Origin: Mobula hypostoma
Lineage: Eukaryota
Assembly (NCBI RefSeq): GCF_963921235.1
Contig: NC_086097.1
Span: 195,178,001-195,242,000 of the forward strand
Reading direction: 5' to 3'
DNA: 64,000 nucleotides
The translations under genes were made by a program, and so were the position numbers. The first letter of the stretch is position 1; each line of letters begins with the position of its first letter. Of this stretch, positions 51,911 through 64,000 are shown piece after piece. The notes beneath the pieces were generated by a model. It saw only the letters and a list, made by a program, of their open reading frames with translations, was not told the origin of the DNA and searched no databases.

Positions 51911-53799
51911 ATTACCTAGAATGAATGAATAGTAATAGAAAATGTTAAATATTTTAGTGGAACTGAAAGCTGCTAAATCCCCAAGACATGATAATCAGCA
52001 GTTTTGAATACTGAAAGAGCCAGGCATGAAAATCTCAGATGCATCGTTTGTATTCTTTTAAAATTCCATAAATTATAGAACAATTTCTACAGACTGCATA
52101 CTGTCATTTCTTAACCTTTACCACTGAGAGTACCACCTCAGCTTCTCTATTCTTTTCTTATAATTGAGGTCTTTCATGTTGTGCAAGAAATGAATGCAAT
52201 ACTTCAAATAGGGGCTGAAGTAAAAAGTTAATGATAAAAACTAACACAACTTACTTGATGCTGTACAAAAACTGAACACTGGAGGAACAACTCGGCAGTC
52301 AAGCAGAATCAGAGAAAGCAAAGGCTAAGCCCCGACATCAGTACAGAGATGGAAGAGGAACGATTGACAGTTTTTAGCAATATTGCCTTTCTTGATGTTA
52401 TATTCTATTTCTTTATTAATAAGGCCAAAATTTCAATTTGTATTGTTAACTTTCTACTCGATATGTTCTGTTATCTTCAAAATTATGAGCAAATACAATG
52501 TTGGGCCTCTCTTTTTCTGTATTCATTTTACATTATGCCAATAAATACATTGCCTCTTTTCATCCTTCCAACTAGAATGTGTGACTTCATATGTTCATTA
52601 TGTGGCTGCACAATTTATTGGTCTAAGTGTAAGAAGGATATTAGGTCAAGTGAAAATATACTCAGCACTAAGTTGGCATTTTAGACACACTTGACCAAGA
52701 ATAAGGGGGATTAAATAAATCAGAAACGTTAAGGTTCAAAGGGGAAAAAGACATGTGGTTTACAGTCCTACCATCTGATTAAAATTGTTCTTGTATAGTT
52801 TTATTACCTTTAATTGAATCAAGTGACTTCCTGAACTGTAGCAACTCTGCCTACATTTCCCTGGCCTGCCTTGTCCAGCAGAGAAACATCAGGTTTCCCT
52901 ATCCTTCTGTGATGGAAGAACTCCCCACAAAAGGAGCAAAACATTTCCCCTGCATTCAAAAGTATTTAGATATTAAGTATTTCACAAATGTTTGATGTAT
53001 CAGGTTTTGGACATATTCTGCTTGCAAATCAATCGTTATTCTTTACTAGTCTGTACTACCCTCATATAACTTACATTAAAAGATTTACAAATATTTCTTA
53101 AAATTCCTATTTAGTTTTCTGCTCCTACATAATCTGCTTTCTGCTGTGTTCCAGTTTTCTTGGTGTGATTGACTTGCTAGTGATGACTTTGGTCATCTCA
53201 TCAAAAGCTTTTACTTTCCTGAAATAAGGCAGCCCTTTTCTGTTCAAATTCCTGCAACAGCTTGTCTTAAAAAAGTGTGCCCTTCTCTGACTACCTCCAT
53301 TAGCTACTGCCCAAGACAGTTCTCAATGGACTGACAGTCTGCTGGAAGGATCTCAGCTGTTTGAAACTACAACATTAACAAGAAATGGTAAAGCAGGAAT
53401 GGCAAAGCAGAAGCAATGTGCATGCACTAAGTTAGAGAGCCCACTACGTCACTCAGAAATACACCCCAAAGTTACCATTTGCAGAACGGACATCCAGTAG
53501 CTACCTTGAGAAAAAATGTCACTTGGGAACAAATTATTCTCAGCTATGAATGAGTGGATTAAAAATTAAATGAAAATTTAGACACACATATTCTTCATTG
53601 CCATCTTGCTGATTTCTATAAAACTTTGCAAAATATCTCAAACCAAAAATCACTCTTCAGGTGCTATCGTAGATGTTTATTTGCAACTGTGGGGTCTTTG
53701 GGGATCCTTTATCAGGTTTAAGCTTCCCTGTTCACTCAATAAACTCTCTCAATGGCTCTAGGTTCCTTTATGCATTTGAACAACTACAAGCATTATCAT

Positions 53800-54440
53800 T
53801 ATATTGTGGCAATGTTTCAATATCCTAGAACGTTGAAAGAAATAGCTGGTTGATGTGTGGTTTTAATTTTCCAAAATTCCCTATGTTTGAGTTTAGTTCC
53901 ATTAGTTTAGGAAAGAACTCATGTAACTCTGCTTAACATTATTTATGGTGAAATGCTAGGAGGTATTAAAGATATTATAAGGGGGCACATGAAAAAATTA
54001 AAATTTATCATGCAAAGCTAATATGGTTTTGCAAAGGAGAAATTTACTGGAGTTCTTCGAAGAAGTAATGTGCTATGTGTAAAGTGGAAGTGGTTGATGT
54101 GCTATACTTAGGGCCAGTATGAAAAGATATTGGGGGAAACTAAATCTCATATATTATAGGTGTTATCATAATGATATAAATTCAGAATGTCATTGCTAAC
54201 AGGAAGTAAGCAATAGACATGAATGGGTCTTCTTCTGGTTGACAAGATATAACTACTACGTGCCACTGAGATCAGTGGTAGGTCTTTAACATTTTGCAAT
54301 TTGTATCAGTATCTTGGATTGAGACACTGAAGGCATGGGTGAAAAATTTGCTCTTGACTCAAGGATAGGTGGGAGCATAGGTTAAGAGGACATGAAACTG
54401 TTACCAAGGAATATAGGCAGGTTATGTGCATGGACAGTTG
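53800..54440 (+). mobile_element. Very old CR1 RT fragment
   Basis: Decayed motifs (LLEFFEEV, VPLRSVVG, KFALDSRIG). Confidence 0.5.
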
Positions 54441-54577
54441 TTTATGTCAATAAGACAACTTATCAATAATAACCTTGTTTTTCTTGTGCAATTATGTTTC
54501 CTTCTTATGGGCTGTTTTTCAGAAGATGACATTAAACCATGGCTTTGTCTGTCAGTTTATGTCGGCATTAAAGTCAC

Positions 54578-54755
54578 CATGGTTTTGTTTCATTGAAAAG
54601 CATGAAAGTTATCTCCAGCATCTCTGCTGATAGGGATTCCTCCATTATTATCATAAGATCAAGTATGATAAAACTAGCTGTTTCATTTTCTAGGTTATAA
54701 CAATGGTCATACTTCAGCAGTATTTCATCAGCTGTGACGTGCTTTGTTAGGTCAT
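54578..54755 (-). CDS. Candidate host coding exon, product unidentified
   Basis: Acceptor TCTTTCTTTTTCAG, donor ATG/GTGACT, open frame DLTKHVTADEILLKYDHCYNLENETASFIILDLMIIMEESLSAEMLEITFMLFNETKP in non-repeat DNA. Confidence 0.45.
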
Positions 54756-55049
54756 CTGAAAAAGAAAGACACTGCACAAATGCACTCTATTTCAGTCTGG
54801 CTGATAAACTGCAATGCCGGTAAACAATAGGGTTCAAGTTCATAGCAAGGCAGATTGTGTATTCAAGAGCCTGAATGATTATATTAGGGAATTACCTAAT
54901 AGTCTTGTAACAGCAAGGTAGAAGCTGTCCATGAGCTTAGTGGTATGTACTTTCGGGCTTTATATATTCTACCCAGTGAAACAGGAGAGTAAAGAAAATA
55001 TCTCGAGGTGGGTGAGTTCTATGAAATGAGTAGAGAGAGAGAAAGAGAG

Positions 55050-55430
55050 CAGTCAAGTTCTTTGCTCTTTAGAATTTAGAAGGTTTATAGATGACTTCAT
55101 CAAAACATACAAACTTCTATGAGTGCTTAACCTGACAGATACAGGGAAAAACTTTCCATTAATTTTAAGAGTCTAGAACTCAGAATAGTGGGTCGGCCAT
55201 TCAGAATTGAAATGGGGAGAAATTTCTTAATTTGACAGTTGGCTAATCTTTGGAATTCCCTTTGATAGATGACTTGGAGAATCAGTTATCCACTTTATTC
55301 AAAATTAGCATTGAGAGAGGAACTAAGAGTCATGAAGAGGTATGGGAAAAGTCATTAAGATGGACCAAATAGTGGGGCAGGCTTGAGCAGTAAATGACCT
55401 CCTTTCATTGCTATACCCTTAGTTCTTAAG
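55050..55430 (+). mobile_element. Degenerate CR1 3' fragment
   Basis: SLEFRR..DDFIKTYK-like remnant and tail. Confidence 0.55.
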
Positions 55431-57617
55431 TAAAAGAAATGCATCAAAAATCTCAAAGCAAAAAAGTACAAAAGTGAGAAATTACCAGGAGGTGGCAGAA
55501 GATTACTGGTGGACGAAGTGGTAGTTTATCCAGCTAAGAATGTTTTGCCTTCCATCTGCTCTCCCCTACTGGTTAGTCTTCATGTGAGTTGACAAGCAAC
55601 CTGCATGCAGTCGACTGATGCTAACGGGCTCTAGCTGCAATTAAGAAGTTTACTTCGGAAGAACTATTTTTATAGTACTGCTTGCTGTGCATATGCATAT
55701 TGCTTTGTGTGAGGCCAACAGCCTTTCCAGCAAGCCTACGTGAGCTGATATATGTAATTCTCACTGAGAAGGCTAGACTAGACAACACATAGCGTTATTA
55801 GTTTTTCACAGATCACTGAAACTGTGAAAAACGTTAAATGTTATGTGGATCATCAAAACCTTGGAAACATGAATTATATATTTATTTTGTAGTGATGCAT
55901 ATAAGCTGGCAATGGTCTTAATTTGCATTTTACTGTTTATCATTAATATATACTTCTGTTAATTTAAATATGTATTTCAGCCTTCAATGATAAATAAAAT
56001 GCAGAAGATACAGAATATCTGAATGAATTTAACAATGGATTCTGAATGAATCTACCAACAACTGTAGGTCTGGTAATATTTTTCCCTTTTTCATTTTCTT
56101 TGTTTATACATTTATATTCAGTATTATAAGTTCATCTCACATCGAAGACAGCAGTGGTGTTTCTAATATGCTGGTATTCTGCCTCTTCCCAAGCCATGAG
56201 AAAACTCTGACTAGATAGACATTTTTAGATAAAAAAAGAACTTGCTTTTTTAAATTTCTTTCATTCGTTCCACATAGATATCCCAAAGCACTTTGCAATT
56301 AAATATTTCTGAGGAAAAAGAATCAGGAATGTGAGAAACACTCAGTAATACAGGCAAGATCTGTACGGAGAGAAAATTAATATTTCTGGTCAATGACCAT
56401 TCATTGTGACATTTTAAACTTAAATAGCACAATGTCTGACTATTTTCTCCAGTAATCAACCTTTCTCCAAATAATTACCAGTGGATCTTTTTATGTGCAA
56501 TTGGTCAGAAAGACTTTGCCTCAGCTTAAAGTCATTTCCAGCAAAACCTTATCCAAGTCATTATCTAGCCAAGCTGTAGAAATATGGTTTCTCTTTATTT
56601 ACTTCCGGGAAAAAATTAACATTCCTCTGATTAAAGCTGCATTATGATGCATAAAATCAAATCTGTATTATTGCCTAAGCTAAAACTCTAGCTGCTGTCT
56701 GACCAGCTGCCTCGTAACACCCAACAGATAATGTTAAGAATGGTTGTAAGCAGGGAGGTGTAGGTTATAGCCCAAATCAATTTTACAACCTGTGACTGAA
56801 TGAAATTTGCATAGGATGTTAGATATCTAATACCAGTTAAATGTGAATTAATGAAGTCCAGTATTTGTTTTATGTTACAGAACTTAAAACATTTTTTGTT
56901 GCAGCTTTTCTTCAAAACAACAATTTTCTTAGAAGTGCTTGGACAATTGCCTTCATATCACAGTTTAGCAGTTTTTGACTTCTGTGTTCAATAGTCTGGA
57001 TTCTGATGAATGCTGCTCCATTCATATTAGGCACAGGAAACTTCCTTTTTAATGTTCACTTGCATGCTCTTTTGCAATACAAAATAATTCCCTTCACTTG
57101 GGCAAGATTTGGTGTTTTGAGTATATGTTTTATTTCAATATTGTTTGATAGACCTCTCACTGTGGGTCAGTTATCAAAGTTGTGATATACAGTATTTGCA
57201 GAGAGCATTATTGTTAATTCAGATCAGTAATAAAATCCCTGCTTATGCATGAATTTTCCTATAAATAATTAAATTGAAAAATATGACCTTTCTGTTGTCA
57301 CTTTACCTTGGAGTTAGATTTTCTACTGATTCATATAAACAACTGACACACATCAGCTGAATGGAAGGGTTTGCCTAACATTCTGTGTCTGTGTCTTTTT
57401 CAGTTATAGCACATGAAAACACAGGTAGTTCAAGCAAGCTAGCTTAACAATTGTTGTCTACTCCTTGTCCTGTTTTTTATGTTGTCTAGTATTCCCCAAC
57501 TGATCCTCTCTGTATTCTGCCATAGACATAATTCACAACCAGCCAATCATCACAAAACTAAACGTTGAAATTTTGAAGTTTATAATGCTACAGAATGTTA
57601 TTGTGCTTCTAAGTATC

Positions 57618-58312
57618 TGAATTGAATTGAATTGACTTTATTACTTACATCCTTCATATACATGAGGAGCAAAAATCTTTATGTTACGTCTTTGTCTGAA
57701 TATGCAAGGTGCAGTTAAGTAATTTATAACAAATATTATGTGCAACAGAATAGTTAATATAACATAGAAATACAGTTGCATCAGCAGGAATTAAGCAGTC
57801 TGATGGTCTGGTGAAAGAAGCTGTCCCGGAGCCTGTTGGTCCTGGCTATTATGTTGCGATACCGTTTCCCGGATGATAGCCACTGGAACAGTTTGTGGTT
57901 GGGGTGATTCGGGTCTCTAATGATCCTTCGTGCCCTTTTTACACACATGTCTTTGCAAATGTCCTGAATAGTGGGAAGTTCACATCTACAGATGCACTGG
58001 GCTGTCCACACCACTCTCTGCGATTGAGGAAAGTGCAGTTCCCATACAAGGCAGTGATGCAGCCAGTCAAGATGCTCTCAATCGTGCCCCTATAGAAAGT
58101 TCTTGGAATCTGGGGGGGGCATACCAAACTTCTTCAACTGTCTGAGGTGAAAGAGGTGCTGCTGTGCCTTTTTCACTACACAACCAGTATGAACAGACCA
58201 CATGAGTTCCTTGGTGATGTTTACACCAAGCTGTTCACCCTCTCAACCCCAGATCCATTGACATCTATGGGGTGAGCCTGTCTCTATTCCTCCTGTAGTC
58301 CACAACCAGCAC
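57618..58312 (-). mobile_element. Rex1/Babar LINE 3' fragment
   Basis: FYRGTIESILTGCITA, IIRDPNHPNHKLF; (CAATT)n tail. Confidence 0.85.
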
Positions 58313-60537
58313 TTTTTATCTATCTCTGAGTTCTGAAATAAATTTCAAATGTACATTTATTTATTCATTCAAATTACTTTCTTTAATTAACACAATTTTC
58401 ACAGGATTTAATTGGGAAGTGTGCAGACACAGTAGCTTGTCATTGTGCAAGGCTGCTGAGAAGATTTAAAAAGCCAGCAGTTTCTTTCAGCGGGTGATTC
58501 GATTGGGAGAAGTGCACAGACACAGTAGCTCACAGTAGCACAGTAGTCATCGGCATAGTGTGAGTCAGAGTAGTAGAGCTTTGGCTCATTGGGGTTCAGT
58601 AAGGACGGGCCTGGGTGAGGTAAGGAGGTAAGTTACTTTAATATTTCTTTTTTTCCTCTAACTTAAGAATAACGGGTTTGACTGCAAGGCCAGTCTTCTG
58701 TTGAGAGTGTGAGATGTGGGATATCTGGGAGACTTTCAGCTCCCCTGGTGGCTACATCTGCGCCAGGTGCATTGAGATGCAGCTCCTTAAAGACTGAGTT
58801 AGGGAACTAGAACTGCAGCACAACGACTTTAGGTTTGTTAGGGAAAGTGAGGAGGTGATCTGTAAGAGATACAGGCAAGAGCTATACCAGGGCCACAGGA
58901 GACAGATAAATGGGTGATGTCAGGAGGGAAGGGAGAGCATCAAGTAGAGGATAGCACCCCTGTGGCCATCCCCCTTAAAAATAAGTACTCCATTTTGAGT
59001 ACTGTTGGTGGAGACAACCTACCTGGGGGAAGCAACAGCGGCCATGCCTCTGGCACTGTGTCTGGCCCTGTGGCTCAGAAGGGTAGGGAACTGAAGAGGA
59101 TGACAGCAGCTATAGGGGACTCTATAGTCAGAGGGACAGATAGGCAATTCTGTGGATGCAAAATCGGAATTGCAGATGTTAGTTTGCCTCCCAAGTGGCA
59201 GGGTCCGAGATGTTTCTGAATACATCCACTATATCCTGAAAAGGGAGGGTGAGCAGCCAGAAGTCATGGCACATATTGGTACCTACGACATAGGAAGAAA
59301 AAGGGTGGAGGTCCTGAAAGCAGAATACAGGCAGTTAGGAAGGAAGCTGAGAAGTGGGACCTCAAAGATAGTGTTCTCAGGATTGTTGCCTATGCCACGT
59401 GACAGTGAGTATAGGAATAGAACAAGGTGGTGGATAAATGCGTGGCTGAAGGATTGAAGCAGGGGGCAGGGATTCAGATTTTTGGATCATTAGGACATCT
59501 TCTAGGGCAGGTGTGACCTGTACAAAAAGGATGGGTTGCACTTGAATCTGAGGGGGGCTAATATTCTTGTAAGCAGGTTTACTTGGACTGAAGGTGCTGT
59601 CCTTAAACACGTGTAGCATTCAGAATAAGGTGGATGAACTTGTGATGCAGTTAGAGATTGGTCGGGATGACATTGTGGGCATCACTGAGTCATGGCTGAA
59701 AGAAGGCCACAGTTGGGAAATTAACATCATAGGGTATACTTTGTATCCAAAGGACAGGCAGGAAGGTATAGGCTGTGGTGTGGCTCTGTTGGCAAGACAT
59801 GGAATTACATCTTTAGAAAGAATGGTGAATCTTTGTGGGTGGGTGGAGTAAAGAAATTGCAAGGGTACAAAAACCATTATAGGACCCATATATATGCCTC
59901 CAAATAGTAGCCAAGCTGTGGGGTTGAGATTGCAAAGGGAGCTGGAGATGATACAATTGTAATGGGGGACGTCAATATGCAAAGGGATTGAGAAATTCAG
60001 AGTGGTGTCAGATTGCAAAAGAGAGAATTTGTTGAATGCCTATGAGATGACTTTTTAGAGCAGCTTGTGCTTGAGCCTACTCAGGGAAAGGCGATCTTAG
60101 ATTGGCTGTTGTGTAATAACCCAGATCTTATTAGGGAGCTTAACGTAAAGGAACCCTGGGGAGGCAGTGATCATAATATGACTGAATTCATAGTGCAATT
60201 TGAGAGGGAGAAGCATAACTCACATGTATCTGTATCACAATGGAATAAAAGGAATTATAGAGGCATTAGAGAGGAGCTTGCCCAGTTGGATTGGAAGAGG
60301 ATTCTGGCTGGGATGACAGTAGAGTAGAGATCACCGAAGTTTCTAGGAATAATTCACAAGGTGCAGGATAGATATATCCAATGAAGGAAGAAGTTCTCAA
60401 ATGGCAGGGGAAGGTAACTGTGGCTGACCAGGGAAGTTAAGGACTGCATAAAAGCCAAGAAAAGGGCATATTAAGTAGCAAAAGTGAGTGGGAAGTTGGA
60501 TGATTGGGAAGCTTTTAAAATCCAATAAAAGACAACT

Positions 60538-62778
60538 GTGTACATACATCTATTGATGCTCCTGGACACATCTTCAGTGATGTTCCCGGAATCATCGGGT
60601 GTTTCGGGTCTTTCAACATCATACAACCTCTTCCAGGTGACCCAGCCGAGGCTGATCAGACCCCAACTTGTGTCCAGATGGCTAGCTACTTATGACTCCA
60701 TGGCTCCCCTCTTTTGAGCCACAGCCATCTTGAGGCCCTCTCTGCTGCATCGGTGGTACTGCGGATGGCTCTCCTCTTCCTCTCTCCTTCGATGCCCAAA
60801 ATGCTGAAGGCTCTAACTAAAGAACGGGCTACGAATCCCCTACAACCAACCTCCACTGGGAGACACCTCGCTCTCCATCCAGCCTGCTGACAGTTGCTGA
60901 CTAGTCCTGCATACTTGGAGAGCTTCCTTTCAAAGGCCTCTTCCAAGCTATCTTCCCATGGGACTGTCAGCTCCAGCAGCACCACTTGCTTAGTCGACTC
61001 GGACACTAGGACAATGTCTGGTCGCAGGGTGGTGGCTGCGATATAGTTAGGGAACTTCAGCTGCCCTTCAAGGTCCACCAACAGCTGCCAGTCCCTTGCA
61101 GAGGTCAGAATGCCTGCAGATGTTCTTTTGGCAGGTATTGGCTGCTCCCCAGCTCTGACAAAGGCAATGGTCTGCTTGGAGGGTCGGGACTGCTTCGCCC
61201 ACTCAACTCCTGCGCTGACGGCTTCAGCGATGGTCTTCAGGACCTGATCATGCCTCCACCTGTACCGTCCCTCACCAAGTGCCCTTGCACAGCCGCTGAG
61301 GATGTGCTCCAGGGTTCCTCGCTTGGAGCACAGTGGGCACGCAGATGACTCTGCCTTGCCCCATGTGTGCAGGTTTGATGGGCTTGGAAGCACATCGTAC
61401 ACTGCCTGGATGAGAAATCAGATGCGGTGTGGTTCGGCTTTCCAAAGATCAGCCTACGTCACTTTCCTCTCAACCGCATTCTCCCATCTTGTCCAATCTC
61501 CCTGTTGCTTCATTCCCACCGCCTTGCAGGCTCTCAACTCCTCCACAACTGCTCTCACCTCTTCCTGAACTAGACGACGCCTTTCCTTCCCTCTGGTGTC
61601 CATTTGGGGAGTTGGAAAGGATCCTAGCCCAGCTCGGCCTCGTGTGACCACTCCCACCAGCCTCCTGTGACGCAACCTTGCCTCTGCCTCCTGAACAGCT
61701 TCCTCTGCCCTCCACTTCCTGCCAGTACTTACTTGGATCCCTGCTCTAGCCACCTTCGGGTCACTTGAGTCCCTATACTGTAGCACTTCTCTGGCTCTTG
61801 TTACCTTGAATTCTTCCTCCAAGGACTTGAAGGGCAGTTGCAGTTTGTTGTGGTGTCCATAGAGTGCGATGCTAACCCTCCTCTCTAAGGTTTCGACTGT
61901 CGAGATCAGAACTGCATAGACGAGGAGGAGCCACAGGATTCTGGGAAGAATGCCATGCTGATACACCCAGGCTTTAAACTTCCCAGGTAGGCCAGACTTG
62001 TCCACAGATTTCAGCCAGCCATCCAACTCGGTGCAGGTTGCCTGAATGGATGTTGTGTCCCTTAAAGAGCTGTCAAAAACTTTGTCTAAGCTCTTGACTG
62101 GCTTTTCTGTGATGGTTGGGATGGCTGTGCCTGTGATGCTGAACCGGAACTTGTTCTCCACCTTCCCTTTCCTCAGCACCATCGATCTTGATTTGGCAGG
62201 TTTGAAACGCATCCGGGCCCACTCCACCAGCTTTTCGAGCCCTTGCAGAATCCTTCGACAGCCTGGGACTGATTCTGTAGTGAATGTGAGGTCATCCATG
62301 AATGCCCTGACAGGTGGTTGCCGTTGAGCGGAATTCATTCTGGGCCCTCTGCACTCTGGTTCAGCAGACTTAGTGAGCATGTTCATGGCTAGGGAGAACA
62401 GTGTCACTGAGATAGTGCACTCTGTGATGATGCCGACCTCCACCTTGTGCCAGGTTGATGTAATTGCTCCTGAAGAGACCCTCATCCTGAATTTGCTGTA
62501 TTAAGCAGCGATAAGTTCTCTGATTCTGCTGGGGACGTGATATTTGGTCAGTGTGAGCTGCCAGCTCGTGCGGAATGGAGCCATATGCATTTGCCAGGTT
62601 GAGCCACAACACTGACAGGTTGCCCTTGTTCTCTCTGGCCTCCCTGATGAGCTGTGTCACCACACCGATGTGCTCCAGACAGCCCGGCATCCCTGAAATG
62701 CCACCCTTCTGGACTGATGTATCAATATAGGTGTTCTTTGCCAGGTAGGTGCACAGCAGGTTAGAAACTGCACTGAAG
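60538..62778 (-). mobile_element. RLE-type non-LTR retrotransposon, HERO-like, 5'-truncated
   Basis: RT WLNLANAYGSIPH, AFMDD; CCHC CPLCSKRGTLEHILSGC; RHDQV; RPDIV..LLELTVPWE..RKLSKY restriction-like endonuclease; in-frame stop at 61454-61456. Confidence 0.88.
60562..60677 (-). ncRNA. Candidate non-circularly permuted hammerhead ribozyme in HERO 3' UTR
   Basis: GUA site, 7-bp helix I abutting CUGAAGA, GAAA plus helix III, GGGUC/GACCC helix II, 9-bp closing stem. Confidence 0.6.
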
Positions 62779-62797
62779 AATGGAAAAGATGAAATAT

Positions 62798-63775
62798 AGT
62801 CATAGTCATACTTTATTGATCCCGGGGGAAATTGGTTTTTGTTACAGTTGCACCATAAATAATAAATAGTAATAGAGATAGTAATAGTAATATTACTATT
62901 AGTAAATAGTAAATAGTAATAGTCATAGAAATAATATAGTAATAGAATAGTAATAGAAAATAGTAATAAATAGTTAAATAGTAATATGTAAATTATGCCA
63001 GTAAATTATGAAATAAGTCCAGGACCAGCCTATCGGCTCAGGGTGTCTGACCCTCCAAGGGAGGAGTTGTAAAGTTTGATGGCCACAGGCAGGAATGACT
63101 TCCTATGACGCTCTGTGCTGCATCTCGGAGGAATGAGTCTCTGGCTGAATGTACTCCTGTGCCCACCCAGTACATTATGTAGTGGATGGGAGACATTGAC
63201 CAAGATGGCATGCAACTTAGACAGCATCCTCTTTTCAGACACCACCGTGAGAGAGTCCAGTTCCATCCCCACAACATCACTGGCCTTACTAATGAGTTTG
63301 TTGATTCTGTTGGTGTCTGTTACCCTCAGCCTGCTGCCCCAGCACACAACAACCAACATGATAGCACTGGCCACTATAGACTCGTAGAACATCCTCAGCA
63401 TCGTCCAGCAGAAGTTAAAGGACCTCAGTCTCCTCAGGAAATAGAGACGGCTCTGACTCTTCTTGTAGACAGCCTCAGTGTTCTTAGACCAGTCCAGTTT
63501 ATTGTCAATTCATATCCCCAGTTATTTGTAATCCTCCACCATGTCCACACTGACCCTCTGGATGGAAACAGGGGTCACCGGTACCTTAGCTCTCCTCAGG
63601 TCTACCACCAGCTCCTTAGTCTTTTTAGTCTATTTACACATTAAGCTGCAGATAATTCCGCTCACACCATATGAAAAAGTTTCCTACCGTAGCCCTGTAC
63701 TCAACCTCACCTCCCTTGCTGATGCATCCAACTATGGCAGAGTCATCCGAAAACTTCTGAAGATAACAAGACTCT
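62798..63775 (-). mobile_element. Rex1/Babar-type LINE 3' fragment with (TTACTA)-rich 3' UTR
   Basis: ORF 63030..63401 MFYESIVASAI..SHPLH..RHRKSFLPVAIKLYN; TSD AATAT (62793-62797 and 63776-63780). Confidence 0.85.
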
Positions 63776-64000
63776 AATATGAGGAAAAACTGGACAATAA
63801 TATAAAGCAGGATACCAAAAGTTTTTTTTCAGTTATATGAAGAGTGAAAGGGAGGTGAGAGTTGATATTGGACCACTCGAAAATGATGCTGGTGAGGTAG
63901 TAATGGGGTTCAAAGAAATGGCAGATGAACTTAATGGGTACTTTGCATCAGTCTTCACTGTGGAAGACACTAAGAGTATGCCAGAGGTCTGTGAGTGTCA

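Larger units (their letters stand above)
58410..64000 (+). mobile_element. CR1 LINE retaining 5' UTR and ORF1, interrupted by HERO-like and Rex1 elements; runs off window end
   Basis: Zn-finger-like start (~58700-58770), SGNH esterase motifs IGDSIVRG, HIGTYD, DGLHLN; endonuclease IVGITESWL, GGSDH; host remnants 62777-62797 and 63776-64000. Confidence 0.85.

Noticed and set aside
52265..52350. Possible further hammerhead/pLTR remnant
   Set aside because: Too degenerate; core elements not recoverable
55487..55634. Upstream coding exon candidate on minus strand
   Set aside because: Plausible splice sites but stop codons in all three frames; could only be UTR
58418..58545. Direct repeats ATTGGGA..CAGACACAGTAGCT
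   Set aside because: Consistent with ordinary CR1 5' UTR repeats
62860..63010. Repeat array resembling CRISPR or satellite
   Set aside because: Degenerate TAGTAA microsatellite within a LINE 3' UTR; no spacers

Overview
Eukaryotic, repeat-dominated vertebrate DNA. The repeat mix (CR1, Rex1/Babar, V-SINE-like, Neptune-type Penelope) suggests a cartilaginous fish such as a ray; this is an inference. Most of the window is nested retroelement debris and I can identify no intact host gene, only a few candidate exons. Highlights: (1) a Mag-type Ty3/Gypsy provirus (19261-27377, minus strand, both LTRs, PBS, PPT, 5-bp TSD GTAAC) whose RT/RNaseH/integrase region is replaced by a full-length processed SUDS3 cDNA; (2) a tail-less, intronless RNF213 RING-domain fragment inserted antisense into that SUDS3 copy with a 10-bp TSD; (3) a HERO-like RLE retrotransposon whose 3' UTR holds all hammerhead ribozyme core elements in a non-circularly permuted, pseudoknotted order; (4) minimal Penelope-type hammerheads, including a tandem pair exactly 400 nt apart; (5) a CsRn1-clade Gypsy element with a G-GGA-AAC -1 frameshift site and a 12-bp stem/pseudoknot. 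Family assignments come from remembered motifs, not database searches, and boundaries of old repeats are approximate.
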